This document shows, in pieces, positions 35,633-47,700 of a stretch of 55,007 bases of DNA. Both the position numbers and the translations under genes were made by a program. This stretch comes from Trichodelitschia bisporula (taxonomy: Eukaryota), in the NCBI GenBank assembly GCA_010356995.1, contig ML996702.1:741609-796615 (forward strand), read 5' to 3'. Within the stretch, counting starts at the first letter, position 1, and each line of letters opens with the position of its first letter. The notes under the pieces are model-generated. The model saw only the letters and a list, made by a program, of their open reading frames with translations, was not told the origin of the DNA and made no database searches.

Positions 35633-37162
35633 ATGTCAGATCGGGGCTTCCTCACATACCGCGAGCCAGACAGTTCGTCAACCTCAGCGCCAATCCCCAG
35701 GCTGACAACCAAAGTTGTGCAACTTCTCGTCCTAATATCGTTTTTTGTCCTGCTGAACGTGGGAGAATGGCTAGCCAGCAAAGCTTTCCGCGCCGGCCTT
35801 ATCGGACAGATTGTGGTCGGGCTCGTCTACGGCCGGCCGCTGGCCAACATCCTGGATATCGCCTGGCAGCACACCTTCATCGCGCTGGGGTACTTGGGCC
35901 TGGTGCTGATCATCGTTGAAGGCAAGTCTCTGCCATCACCGGCACCGCTGACCGAACAGGCTCACTAGCGGTTCGGCTGGATCTACTCAAGGCAAATTTT
36001 GTCCTCAGTGTCTTCGCCGCATGCATCGGCATCCTCGCTCCCATCGGACTCTCGTTCCTTGCGCTTTATCTCGGCTTCGGCTATGGTATGCCGCCTCGCC
36101 ATCCCGCCAAGTGCTAACCTCGCAGGGGCTGTCGAGACCTTCATCTGCGGGGCAGCGCTGAGTTCCACATCCATAGGTAGAGTCATCCCAGTCCCAGATC
36201 AAACAACCTCTGACCATTCAGGAACGACGTTCGTCGTCCTCGGCCAGGCGTCGTCCGCCGTCGCCTTCGCTGACACTAAGGTCGGCAGTGTCCTCATCAG
36301 CGCGGCAGTCTTCGATGATGTGGCCGGGCTCGCCATGGCCAGCGTCATTGAGCAGCTGAGCGATGACGCGGGCCGGCTGGGCTGGCTTATTGGACGACCC
36401 ATCCTGGCGTCCGTTCTGATGGCCGCGCTGACGCCCCTACTGACCAAATTCGCGTTTGCGCCGCTCTTCCGTCACCTGGAGCCACCGCGTGGACACTGGG
36501 CCAACATGTCACTCATGGTGGGCGTGCTCTGTGCGTTCCTCGCCATCGCCGCGTATGCCGGCACGTCGTTGCTCTTCGGCGCATTTCTGGCGGGCACATT
36601 TCTCGCATACCTGGAGAATGAGCCAGGCAGGTTCATGAAGACGTACGCAAAGTATGTGCTCGACGTGCAACAGTATCTTATGCAGCCCATATTCTTCGCC
36701 AGTATCGGCTTTGCCATCCCGTTCAAGAGCCTGTGGAGCGGACGGGCCGTCTGGCGTGGGGTTGTGTATGCGCTGCTCATGGTCATTGGCAAGGTGCTCG
36801 TTGGAACTGTGATTCCCCTCTGGGACGTACTGCGGCATAAAGGCACCCTCCGCGAGCGGACCAGTGGTACGCTCTGGCCGTCGGTCCTCCTTGGCGGGGC
36901 CATGGTGGCGCGCGGCGAGATTGGCCTGCTCATCATCCAGATTGGGTTCAACAAGACCGCATACCTCAGCCAGGACGCGCTCATCACGGCCATCTGGGCC
37001 ATTCTGCTCAACACCGTCATTGGGCCGGTTGCTGTGGGCTTTTTGGTCAAGTACAAGGCACAGGAGATCGGCACAAGCCAGTGGGGCATTCAAAAGCACG
37101 GCTCTGGTGAACAGTCTGAAGTCTCCGTCAATGCCTCAAATGTCGAAGCTGGAAACGGATGA
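35633..37162 (+). CDS. Cation/H+ antiporter (Na+/H+ exchanger family, CPA2-like)
   Basis: AGLIGQIVVGLVYGRP, GAALSSTSIG|TTF, SAAVFDDVAGL, PIFFASIGFAIPF, AMVARGEIG; three introns, the first GC-AG. Confidence 0.9.
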
Positions 37163-37319
37163 ATCAGGCCACATTCGCCTCAAGTCATTGACTCCTTGGA
37201 GCGTTTCGGGATCATCGAGTCCGTTTTGACCAACCCCCCACACACATCCCGCACTCAACCATCCGCAAACGCCTCTCCCGCCTTGTTCCATCACCGTCCG
37301 CCATCACCTACCTGACCAC

Positions 37320-38926
37320 CTACAGCGTCGCCAATCGCGTTGGATTCCATCCCCGCATCGCCTCGCCCCACCGCATCAGCACCCACGGAATCGGGATGCA
37401 CAGCATCGCCAGAAACGCCAGCAGCGAGTTCCCCCACCCCATGCCCAGCCGCGCATACATGGCCGGCGCCGCGAGCGGCAACAGCGCCGCCATGACTGAC
37501 CGCGCCACGAGCGTCGCACCCAGCGCCGAGGCGGCATATATGGTGTACGCATCGATGAGGTACACTTGAATGGACATCTGATCGTCAGCGCCGTACCTAC
37601 GAAAGCACCACCTCCAATGCCACTTACAAAAAGCACAGACGCGCCCGCACCCATGAAGCCCGGCCCGATGATGGGAACGATCCAGTGAACCCGCGCCTGC
37701 GCCGACCACCCGTACCAGAAAAATGCGACCGGGACCAGAAAGCCGGACCAGAACGCCAGAAACATGCGGTCCTCCGGCAGCATCACACCGTTCTTGGCCC
37801 GCCGCCTGACGATCCTGTCGCTGAGCCACGCGAAGAACACTTGCCCAACCACATACCCCACCCCGAGCCCCAAGAAACTCAAACCGACGATACTCGCTCC
37901 GAAGTGATACGTCTCCTCGAAGACGGACGCCAGCGTCGTGATCAGCAGGTAAAAGTATGCGTACACCAGTCCCATATGCAGCGACGTCGCCAGCACCACC
38001 GGCGAAAAGACGAGCATCTTGCACGTGCGCTTAACCGCCCTTTTGAAGTGCTCCGCCGGCGCGAGCTCAGTGTCGTACTCAGACCGCAGCAGCGGGTTTC
38101 CCGTCTCGGCCCGCAGTCGCTCAGCCTTGCGCGCCAGCAGCACGGGCGGGTAAGACTCACGCCAGACGAGCAGCGACACGATGCAGCACGGCGCCAGCTG
38201 CACGGGTCAGCGCTGTAAGGCCCCACCACCAGTACGTACCAGTATTGCAGACAGCCAAAATGCCCACCGCCACCCGAGCGCCGCATTCATGAACCCGCCC
38301 GCCACGGGCCCGACAACAGGCCCCGCCAGCAGGCCCATAGTCAACATGGCCAGTGCAAATCCGCGCTCCTCCTGCCGGACCGTGTCGGCGATGATGGCGC
38401 CGCCGTTGGTCAGTGGCACGGCGGCGAAGATGCCCTGCACCAGGCGGAAGCCGATTAGCATGTCGAGACTCGTGGCGAGCGCGCAGGCAATGGTGAAGAC
38501 TAGGAAGCCGAAGTTGCCGATATGCTGCACGCCGAGCCGGCCGTAGAGCTCGCTTAGCGGTGCGAAGAGTAGCGGGCCGGTTGCGAGGCCGAGGACGAAG
38601 ATAGACACGGAGAGTGTCGCGAGTGTCGAGTTGGAGGAGTTGAATTCGGACATCATGCTCGGGACGCCGGGTGCGAAGATTGAAGACGAGAGCCCGGCGA
38701 CAAAGGTCACTGTCGAGACGAGCACGATCAGCGTCCATCTGAACAGAGGACTCCAATTGGTTGGCTTGTCTGGGTCGTCGGGCGAGTCCCAGGTGACGAC
38801 GTTGAGAGCGACATCTTCGGTGTAGACAGGGGTTTCGATGTCGACGGGCCTTTCGGTACAGAGTGGTTTCTCGGTACAAAGTTTGCCGGATGTGGACGGC
38901 GTGGACGGTGACGATGGCGTAGACAT
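37320..38926 (-). CDS. MFS multidrug transporter (DHA1 family)
   Basis: WDSPDDPDKPTNWS, APLSELYGR, GPVVGPVAGGF, ESYPPVLLARKAERLR, YLIDAYTIYAASA; introns 38198-38239 and ~37578-37627. Confidence 0.93.
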
Positions 38927-39274
38927 TTCTGGTGCGTACCCACGCTGCACCCCCTGTATATATCGTGTGCATGATGCCCGGGTATTCGGCCACTTAGTGC
39001 CTGTGCCATCCCCGCGTTGCTCGGGCCGGGACGAGCACGCTTGAAGTTCCCCCCCAGTCCCCACAAATTCCCCGCACGACACTGCAATGGCAAATAGGCA
39101 CAGAGGCAGCTAGCAGCTAGGCAGACACGCCCTGAGGAAGGGAAATGTTCGGCATTAAGTGAGAACTGCATGTCTAGGACCGCATATCTATGATCCAATC
39201 GCGCATCAATCCCATCACCACCTAATCCAACCTCCACCGCAATCACTCCCCACCATCCAAACATCACCACCGCA

Positions 39275-40963
39275 TCACCGCACGCGCCGCCGCATCCGCA
39301 CCTTGACATCGCCCTCCATATTTACTATTCCAGAGCCCGCAAACTGCTTGCGCAGCGAAGGAAACGTCTCCCGTGGCTCGCCGTTCTCACCAATGAACCC
39401 GAGCGCCTCAAAGTCAAATGCCAGCAGCAGCATCGCCACGCCAGCGAGCACCTCCTGCTTCGCAAACAGGCGGCCGGGGCAGATATTCCGGCCGCCGCCA
39501 AACGGGAAGAACTTCCCAGCCGATCCCGTCGCCGAAAACACGTCCTTTCCGCTCTCGTCCGTGGTCAGGAAGCGCTCGGCGTAGAACGTCTCGCATGGCG
39601 GCTCGTTCCAGTAGTCCGAGTCACGGTGGCCGGGCCAGGAAGGCATGATGACAAGACTGTTCTTCTCGAGCCGGAGGTAGCGGCCGTCACCAGTCGGGAG
39701 CTCGAGCGTCTCGTGCACGTCGCGTGTGACGAGAACATCGGTGTACAGCCGCAGCATCTCGTGAAACATGCTCTGCAGCAGTGGCAGCGCGCACAGCCCC
39801 GCAATATCAAGCGTCCCATCCGGGCGTTCAACCGAGCGCACCTCCTTCAACAGGCGGCCCAGCAACGTCGGATCCCCGTTCGGGTCCAAAATATGCATTA
39901 TTAGCCAGCCCGTCGCCGGGATCGAGTTGCTCGCCAGCCCAAACATGAAGCCCATGTCCAGCGCAGCGCGCGCGTGCGTGCTGAACCCGACCTTATCGCT
40001 GAGGACCTGACGAGCACGCACGATACGGCTGCCGAACACGGGCTCCCACTTGATGTTCGCGTCATCGGGGTCGACTGGGTCGTGGCGGCCCTCGGCGTAG
40101 AGGCGCTCGTGCCAGCGTACGAAGCTGTCGATGATGCGGTCGCGGATGCGGTGCGCCTTCAGGTTCATGATGCGCGGGAGGCCAAGGAAGAGGGAGACCA
40201 TGACCTTGTCGAACTCGAAAAACTGCTCTTCAAGATCTGGCGTCATCTCCAGCAATGATGTCCCCATGAGCGCGTTGACAGATGCCTCGAACATGTGCGT
40301 GCGCAGCCATTTGTACAGCCCGCCCTCGTAGACACCCCCAGGGCCGTCAAGTTCGCGCGAGTAGCACCCGTTGAGCACTTCGACGAAGCGCTCTGTCAGC
40401 TCACTGACCCGATCCGTCCGCAGCAGCGACTCCATGTTGATGCGCTCTTGCGCGTGGTGCACATTGAAGCCCCCAGGCCAGTCTTCGTCGCCATCGCGCA
40501 CGCCCGGGTGTCCATACAGCATGATAGCCTCCTCCTGCGACAAACCCAACGCGCCGCGAACGACCTGGAAGTTGCCCATCTTGCGGCTCACATGCTTGGT
40601 TCTGAACACCGCCTGTATGGCTGACGGCGAGAAGAGGACATGAGCGGTACGGCCACCGAGGGTCAACGTGCAAGCACCGGTGCTGCGCGGGAACCAACTG
40701 AAGAGGTTATTCCAGAACAGGCCAGGCTTCGGGTAGGTGAAGGCGCGCGCCTGGCCGAGGAAGGGTATGATGTACGGGATGAGGGGCGGTGAGAGAGGCT
40801 TCACCGGCGCGGACGCGTGGGCGGCGAGGAGGTAGTGGTAGCGGGCGGTGGAGTAGGCGTAGGTGAGGAAGCAGATGCCGACAATGGCCGACGCCAGACC
40901 GATGACGACGGCCGCTGGCGTGGGCAGACCAGCGAATGCTGCCTGGAGACTTTCGAGATCCAT
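39275..40963 (-). CDS. Cytochrome P450, CYP7/CYP8-like clan, single exon
   Basis: N-terminal TM helix, EMLR (ExxR), YAERF, FPFGGGRNICPGR heme motif; I-helix GLASNSIP. Confidence 0.93.
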   Translation of the reverse strand: MDLESLQAAFAGLPTPAAVVIGLASAIVGICFLTYAYSTARYHYLLAAHASAPVKPLSPPLIPYIIPFLGQARAFTYPKPGLFWNNLFSWFPRSTGACTLTLGGRTAHVLFSPSAIQAVFRTKHVSRKMGNFQVVRGALGLSQEEAIMLYGHPGVRDGDEDWPGGFNVHHAQERINMESLLRTDRVSELTERFVEVLNGCYSRELDGPGGVYEGGLYKWLRTHMFEASVNALMGTSLLEMTPDLEEQFFEFDKVMVSLFLGLPRIMNLKAHRIRDRIIDSFVRWHERLYAEGRHDPVDPDDANIKWEPVFGSRIVRARQVLSDKVGFSTHARAALDMGFMFGLASNSIPATGWLIMHILDPNGDPTLLGRLLKEVRSVERPDGTLDIAGLCALPLLQSMFHEMLRLYTDVLVTRDVHETLELPTGDGRYLRLEKNSLVIMPSWPGHRDSDYWNEPPCETFYAERFLTTDESGKDVFSATGSAGKFFPFGGGRNICPGRLFAKQEVLAGVAMLLLAFDFEALGFIGENGEPRETFPSLRKQFAGSGIVNMEGDVKVRMRRRVR

Positions 40964-41782
40964 TGTTGTCTGCACATTTTGTGAGAGGGACGCGTTGGGG
41001 ACACTTAAGAGAGGGAGGTTCGAAGAGACGAAGGTCAGCCAGCGGGAGGCCTTACTAGATTTAGCCGCTGATTGGTGAGATGGTTTGGCACGGTGATGGC
41101 TCGGCCGGTTTGGGACAGGTGAATTGTCCACTCCCGAGCCTCCTTTTCCGTTTCGAACGCCTCCGTGCCGCTCTCCATCTTCGACTGAGCCTGTGTCCGA
41201 CGCAGCAAGGCATCTCGTCACACGCACATCATTACTTGCAATTGTATCTGGAATGCCGCGTTGCATCCACTCGTGCCCGTGCTGTAGTTCTCACTCGGGA
41301 ATAACTGTTCCGCTGAGATAACATCAGCACAGGCATAGAGTACCTGGATGAGAACTAGCTTTCGAACGCGGACTCAACATCCTACATCCTCCAGACAATT
41401 GAGATGCGATACAAACCACTGATATTGGCTGGCAGCTCTCCCATTATAGGTCTTGAGGATGTTCCCCTTGTCCTGCCGCTATCGAAGCAGAACGGTGCGT
41501 CCTTGAGGATTGCAAGCCAGTGTGCCAGTTTGAAGCACCTCATCAGCATGTCAACCCGCTAAAGAGAGCGGCTTTACCGGTAAACCCGAATTCTGGAAAA
41601 CACGAGAGCAAGTGATATTTATGCGCTGATGTTGACGTTGACGCGGCCAACCTCACACAAGCTGATCAGCCAAGACTCGTTGTTTCCCTCACCCCACATC
41701 GGCATCTCGTACAACTCCATCCTCCATCCACCCTCTCCTCCACCCGCATCCCCACGTCCTTCTCACGTCACTCACCATCACC

Positions 41783-42970
41783 ATGCCTTCCCCCGCCGAC
41801 GCCGCGCAAAAGCTCCCCGCCCTCATCCCACGTCAGCGCAAACAGCCCGCATCCGAGCCACCACCGCCAACCCCGCCTCTCCCCCCACCACCAGAAACGC
41901 CCACCTTCACCGTTCCCACCCGCCGCATCCTCTCTCCCCACGACCACGAGCTCTTCCTCGCCTCCCCAACATACACTCTCATCCTAGCCTGGATCTTCAA
42001 TATCGCCGACTCAGTCCGCGCCACCCCCGCCTCCGCCGCCTCCTCCGCGCCACACCCCACCCTTAACACAATCCTCAGCATCCTCTCCGATGCACAAAAC
42101 CTGATCACACAATACCCGCCGCTGGACACAGGCTCCCGCTTTGGCAACCCACAGTTCCGACCATACCTGGCTGGCGTGACCGGGCAGCTAGACGCATGGC
42201 ACGCGCGACTCGGTCTTCCCGCTGACGCGGTGCCAGAGGTGCGCACATACCTACAACACGCGCTGGGCAGCGAGTCGCGCATAGACTACGGGTCAGGACA
42301 CGAGCTAAACTTCATGCTCTGGCTGCTGTGTCTCAACCGGCTCAACCTGCTCCCGGAGTCCACATTCCCCGCCCTCGCACTCGTCGTTTTCCCCGCCTAC
42401 CTGCGGCTCGTGCGCGCGCTGCAGACGACGTACTATCTCGAGCCAGCCGGGTCGCACGGCGTGTGGGGCCTGGACGATTACCAGTTCCTCCCCTTCCTGT
42501 TCGGCGCGTCGCAGCTTGTGCACCACGCGTGGATTACGCCGCGCGCGATACACAGCGAGGTTACGCTGGAGGAGCACAGTAGGGACTACTTGTACCTAGA
42601 CCAAGTGCGCTTTGTGAACAGCGTTAAGAACGTGGAGGGGCTGCGGTGGCACTCTCCGATGCTGGACGACATTAGTGCGGCGCGGGACTGGGTCAAGATC
42701 GAGGCTGGCATGCGCAAGATGTTTGTCAAGGAGGTGCTCGGCAAGCTGCCGGTGATGCAGCACTTTCTGTTTGGCAGTCTGATTCCCGCTGTTGACGGCA
42801 TGAGCGTCGACACTGGCGGGGAGCAGGGAGGACACGTGCACGAGCACGAGAACGGGGAGAGCGCGTGGGGCGACTGCTGCGGGATTCCCGTGCCGAGCAG
42901 CATCGGGGCGGCGGAGGAGATGAAGAAGCGCATGGGCGGCGGCGGGTTGCGGCGACTGCCATTCGATTAG
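41783..42970 (+). CDS. RRD2: PP2A phosphotyrosyl phosphatase activator (PTPA), Rrd2 type
   Basis: SRFGNP, RIDYGSGHELNF, YYLEPAGSHGVWGLDDYQFLPFLFG, WHSPMLDDIS, WGDCCGIPVPS. Confidence 0.9.
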   Translation: MPSPADAAQKLPALIPRQRKQPASEPPPPTPPLPPPPETPTFTVPTRRILSPHDHELFLASPTYTLILAWIFNIADSVRATPASAASSAPHPTLNTILSILSDAQNLITQYPPLDTGSRFGNPQFRPYLAGVTGQLDAWHARLGLPADAVPEVRTYLQHALGSESRIDYGSGHELNFMLWLLCLNRLNLLPESTFPALALVVFPAYLRLVRALQTTYYLEPAGSHGVWGLDDYQFLPFLFGASQLVHHAWITPRAIHSEVTLEEHSRDYLYLDQVRFVNSVKNVEGLRWHSPMLDDISAARDWVKIEAGMRKMFVKEVLGKLPVMQHFLFGSLIPAVDGMSVDTGGEQGGHVHEHENGESAWGDCCGIPVPSSIGAAEEMKKRMGGGGLRRLPFD

Positions 42971-43101
42971 AACGACTGCTAGCGAGCGGTTGTCGCTGTC
43001 ACGCAGTAGTAGTTATTTAGATAGCTCCGTTGCACTAGTTATATAGCAGCAGCTAGTAATATAACAGTAGCCGCTCAGGCTAACGCTAAGACATCTAATT
43101 A

Positions 43102-43215
43102 GCCGTCTAACGCGTCCCGACGCCGTTTAACCCGACCCGAAGCCGTCTAATCCGTCCCGAAGCCGTCTAACCCGTTCGAAACCGTAAAACCCGTTCCGAA
43201 GCCGTAAAAACCGTT
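43102..43215. repeat. 20-bp tandem repeat, ~6 degenerate copies
   Basis: Consensus gccgtctaacccgtcccgaa. Confidence 0.85.
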
Positions 43216-43308
43216 TGTCACGGTCCTGGCCCAGCTCCCACTCCCTCTTCTCTCCCTAAGTCAACAATCTTTGACACACTACCAACTGGAAGGTATGGCT
43301 CCGTGACA
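43216..43308. mobile_element. 93-bp mini element with LTR-type ends (deleted LTR or MITE-like)
   Basis: Perfect 8-bp terminal inverted repeat TGTCACGG...CCGTGACA; no TSD. Confidence 0.5.
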
Positions 43309-44729
43309 TTCATCACAATCCATTAACCTCAACTCGAATAATCACACATCGAAAAAATGGCAAAGGATATGTCTGATTCCGCCTCCAAGTGGTCCATGGT
43401 GGCCTTAGACACAATCATCAAATATCTCATGTCCACGAAAGAGAGGCAAGAGCGCCTGGCGCAATCGCGCCCGACCCCAAAAGCAGTCGATAGTGACGAG
43501 CTTCGCGCTGAACGGCTGAAGGAGCAGGAGGAAATCCTCGACTACCTTTGGACGCGTGGATAGGTAGGATGAGAACCCAGTATGCTTTAGAATCGCGACT
43601 AATTCATGGTAGACTGGCTGATGTGAACACGGGCCGTAAGGCACGAAGGCACCAAGCAAGTACTGTCAAGGCACTCGTGAGGATGGAAGGTATCGTTTGT
43701 ATCCTGGAAGGGGCCCATCTGTGAGTAGGGCAGGGAGTGAGGGTCAACACCAGGCCTAAGGGCAGTTATTGACCGGGGCAGTGGAAGGCGATATGGGACT
43801 GCTGTTTGCAGACTGCTGAGGGCCCCGAGACGCTGCTGCCTTCTTTGTCCTTCTCTAAACTTTTCAGAAGCTTACTTTGCCTGTGACGAGGCCTTGCCTA
43901 CATCACCTACCCTCCATCCTGCTTTCGCCAACTCTGGCTGCGATTCACAGTTGCAGATACCAACATTTGGTCCTGAACTCCAGCGGATCGCGCACCATTC
44001 TCCCAACGCCGAGGCATTCAAGCTATGTACAGCTAGCGTCAAAGAAGGATCTCAACGTTGAGCAATCAAGTGGGTGTGCTGTCCCGGGAAGTCAGGGCCA
44101 CCAATGGTGTAAACGTATTTCAGCAAGAAGGAAAGCACCAGTGGGTTCTTAGGTGCTTAGATAATGCGAAAAAAACGTCCGACAATGCCGATAGCTGGTG
44201 GTCACGGTGGTGTTCAGTCTAGAGTGATGGTGCAGATGAAAGTGGGACTCAAGCAAGTGTAAGCGCAAGCGCGACCCGTCAGATCCCTGCATGCCGATCC
44301 CATCCTACTCAGTTTTGACATCAAGCCGTCAACTCTTGACCTCGGTTTTCAGAGCGATATGACGCTCCACGTTTGCACTCATTTTGGCTTGCCATGCTGC
44401 CGCCCTCCCTCCGCTTCTCGCCCGGCGAGTTCCCACTGGTCCTCCTCCTGGGTTTGGGGGACAGCGTGTCCCTCGAGATAGGCTGTCGGTGGTCAGGCTG
44501 CGCCCCCCGGTGCCGGGACCAGCTGCAGCTGTTACTGGACAGACCGAGAATACCTTTACGCTGTTGTCACAGCCCCCCCACGGGACTGGAAGCGCCGAGC
44601 TCCCCCGCACTGAGTAATCCTACAGCTGAGGGCGAGTCGCTCGCGGACCTGGTTCATTTCCCATCAGCTTTTCGCCTCTCCAGCATCTCGAAACTGAGCA
44701 ACAGAGCGTCTTGACAGCTCTGAACCATC

Positions 44730-47700
44730 ATGGTACGTATGTTCCTTCGCTACACAGCTCTTGCTCCTTAAGGCCGATGTATGCCGTTTTCACTCCCATG
44801 TGTGGTACAACTGTATTTATTGTATCTGAGCTCTTTCTGTCATCGCCTTTGGCCCTTACTAACTGGGTTCAGGACAAATTTTGGAACAGACAAAGGCGTA
44901 AACATGGCAAGAAACGCGATGAAGCCGGTGACGGGACCGATTCTGGCGCAGCTAATAATCATGTTACACTCCGTCCCCCCGTCGGCCAGCCCTCCACCGA
45001 GCCCAGTGAGCAGCGCGTGCCACGATCATCATTGAGTCCCGGCCCCACAGGCCGCGAGACGGTTGTTCCCACATCGCTACCAAACTTGCGCACCCTAACC
45101 CTCGTCGCGGCGCCGAGCGGTTCTCCCGCTGTGGATATCATATTCGTTCACGGACTCGGCGGTTCAAGCCATGCAACCTGGGCCAAAGGCGGCAACCCGG
45201 AGCTCTTCTGGCCAGGTGAATGGCTTCCAAAAGAGCCGGGTATGGAAAAGGCCAGGATTTTCACCTATGGTTACAACGCGGATTGGCTGTCGACCGAAGC
45301 CAACAACCAGACTATTGGGAATTTTGCCATGGACCTACTGGCCTTGATGGCTCGTAGCCGAAATCATGATACAGGCGAAAGCCACGAAATCGGAACCGTG
45401 CCTATCCTGTTTCTCGCCCACTCAATGGGAGGGTTGGTCGTGAAAAAAGCATACATCGATGCCCTAAATGCCCAAAGCAACCCAAAATACCTCCGAATCG
45501 GCTCCTCCGTCAATGCTATGATCTTTCTGTCGACCCCCCATTTAGGCTCTGACGCGGCCCCATTGCTCGGGAAGCTCATCTCAGTGTCAGTCGTCCTTTC
45601 AGACACCCAGTTTAGGCACAGTCTAGAACGAAATTCGAAGACCTTGGAAACCATTAACAAAGGTTTCCGCCACCACACGGGCAAGCTTTTTCTTGCGTCC
45701 TTCTGGGAGACTCTGGAGACCCCCTTATTCGCCCAACTGAGCCGCAAGTTTCCGCGCAAGGTTCAGGTCGTGGACAAAGGCTCGGCTAGACTTATGTGTA
45801 CCGGGGAAATGTACATGTCCTTGCAAGCCGATCATCATGGTGTTTGCAAATATACCAGCAGGCAAGATTCCAATTACCTGAAGGTCCTAAACACGATCCG
45901 TGATGCACTGGAGGCCAGTGAAGTGAGTCCCTATATTCATTGCTACGTCTAATACTGACTTGGCCCAGTCACCTGAAATTGGTCCTCAACCGCCTGAGGA
46001 TCCTCGGCTAGTCATGGATGGCTCATCCAAAGGTGAGCGTCAAACCTAAGTTACTTTGCAGCCTGACTAAATGTCTAAGATTGTGCCCCCAAAGCGACCT
46101 GTTTCATTCCCTCTCAACCAAACGAAAACTTCGTCGGCAGGAATGCTGAGCTCGCGAAGGTCCAAGGCCTCTTCGCAGACAAAACCAACCGAATTTTGGC
46201 AATTCACGGCCTCGGCGGACTGTCACTACCAGTTGAACAAATGGCCACTGTTATGGATGACCAGTATTTGTGGGATACAGCGTTGGAGAAACTCGAATAT
46301 AAAGAACAAGCAGCGATCAAAAACCACTCGGCAGCTGCGGACGACCCATCAGCCTTTCAAGATATGGTCGAGGCAGTCAAGAGAAAGAAAGAGGAGTATA
46401 AAAAAAAAACTTGGCCCGTTAAAATTGGGAAATATCGCTTTGAGCTACATGAGGTGGCAACAAGCATCGTGAAGTGGCTGGACAGGTTCAAGGCCGTGGG
46501 GGACATTGTTTCAAATGCGAACCCACTTCATTTCGGCCCAGCATGGGCCGGGTTTCGACTTGTTCTTGAGGTATGGAGGGACATTCGCTGTTCTTCAGAT
46601 CTAACTGATTTCAAGGTTGCACTTTCAGAACAAAAAGTCATGGCTGCACTTTGCGAAGGCGTCCTCGCTGTGCTCAACATGATGACCAGGCTGAGGCTCT
46701 ATAAGAAACATCTTCAAGCCCTACAGGAATCAGATGAACGGACCGCTCTTGCTGGTTCATTCACACAACTGTACGCACATGTCTTGAGTTTTCTTGCCAA
46801 AGCAGCTTTATGCTATGAGCAAAGCGCTCTCCTTCGCATCTGGAATGCCGTTTGGGGACCCGACAAAGTGAGCAACTTTGAGGAGCAATGTGGCAAACTT
46901 GAAGAGAGTGTTGAGAGAGACCTCCACAACTGTGACCGTCAAAAATTCAAGGCCCTAAGCAAGGAGCTGGAGCAGTTGGAAGTCCTGCGAGAGTCAATCA
47001 GCAGCCTGGCATCCAAGATGAATCTAAATGAACTGCTTTACGCCAACGGTGCCGCATTCGACTCATATCAAGAAGAGGATCAACCAGTGTGCCATGAGAA
47101 GACCCGAGTCGGCTTGCTGAGCGAAATTTCGAACTGGGCCAACGCTCCCAGGGCCTCCAGTAAATACATATTCTGGCTGAACGGCATTGCTGGGACTGGA
47201 AAGTCGACCATCTCTCGTACGGTCTCTCGGGATTTGAAGAAGAAAAATCAGCTTGGAGCAAGCTTCTTCTTCAAGCGAGGTGAAGGCGACCGCGGCACGG
47301 CGAGCAAATTTGTCACTACGATCGCATATCAGCTATGGACCAATCAGTCTGAAGTGTCACCCTTTATTGCAAAAGCGATGGACGACAACCCGGCCATACT
47401 TACAAAGTCACCGAATGATCAGTTCAAGGAGCTCATTTTCCAGCCTCTGTATGAGACCATGGATATTCGGTCACAGACTTCGATTGTCATTGTGATTGAT
47501 GCGTTGGATGAGTGTGAAGATGCAGATAAGATTCTCGCTCTCTTGGAACAGGGCAAGGATACGGGTCTGCAAATATTTCTAACCAGCAGGCCAGAGCTGC
47601 CAATTCGCAAAGGATTTAAAAAGAAAATATCGGAAGACGCGCATCAGGACGTTGCTCTCCACGATATCCAGGAAGACACAATCCGACACGACATATCCAC

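Noticed and set aside
34936..35919. 327-aa + strand ORF
   Set aside because: No recognisable motif; overlaps the antiporter in another frame and the small Cys-repeat gene antisense
44730..46600. Amyloid signalling motif (HET-s/PP/sigma type) in or next to the NLR
   Set aside because: No G/N/Q-rich pseudo-repeat seen and no adjacent HeLo-like or gasdermin gene recognised
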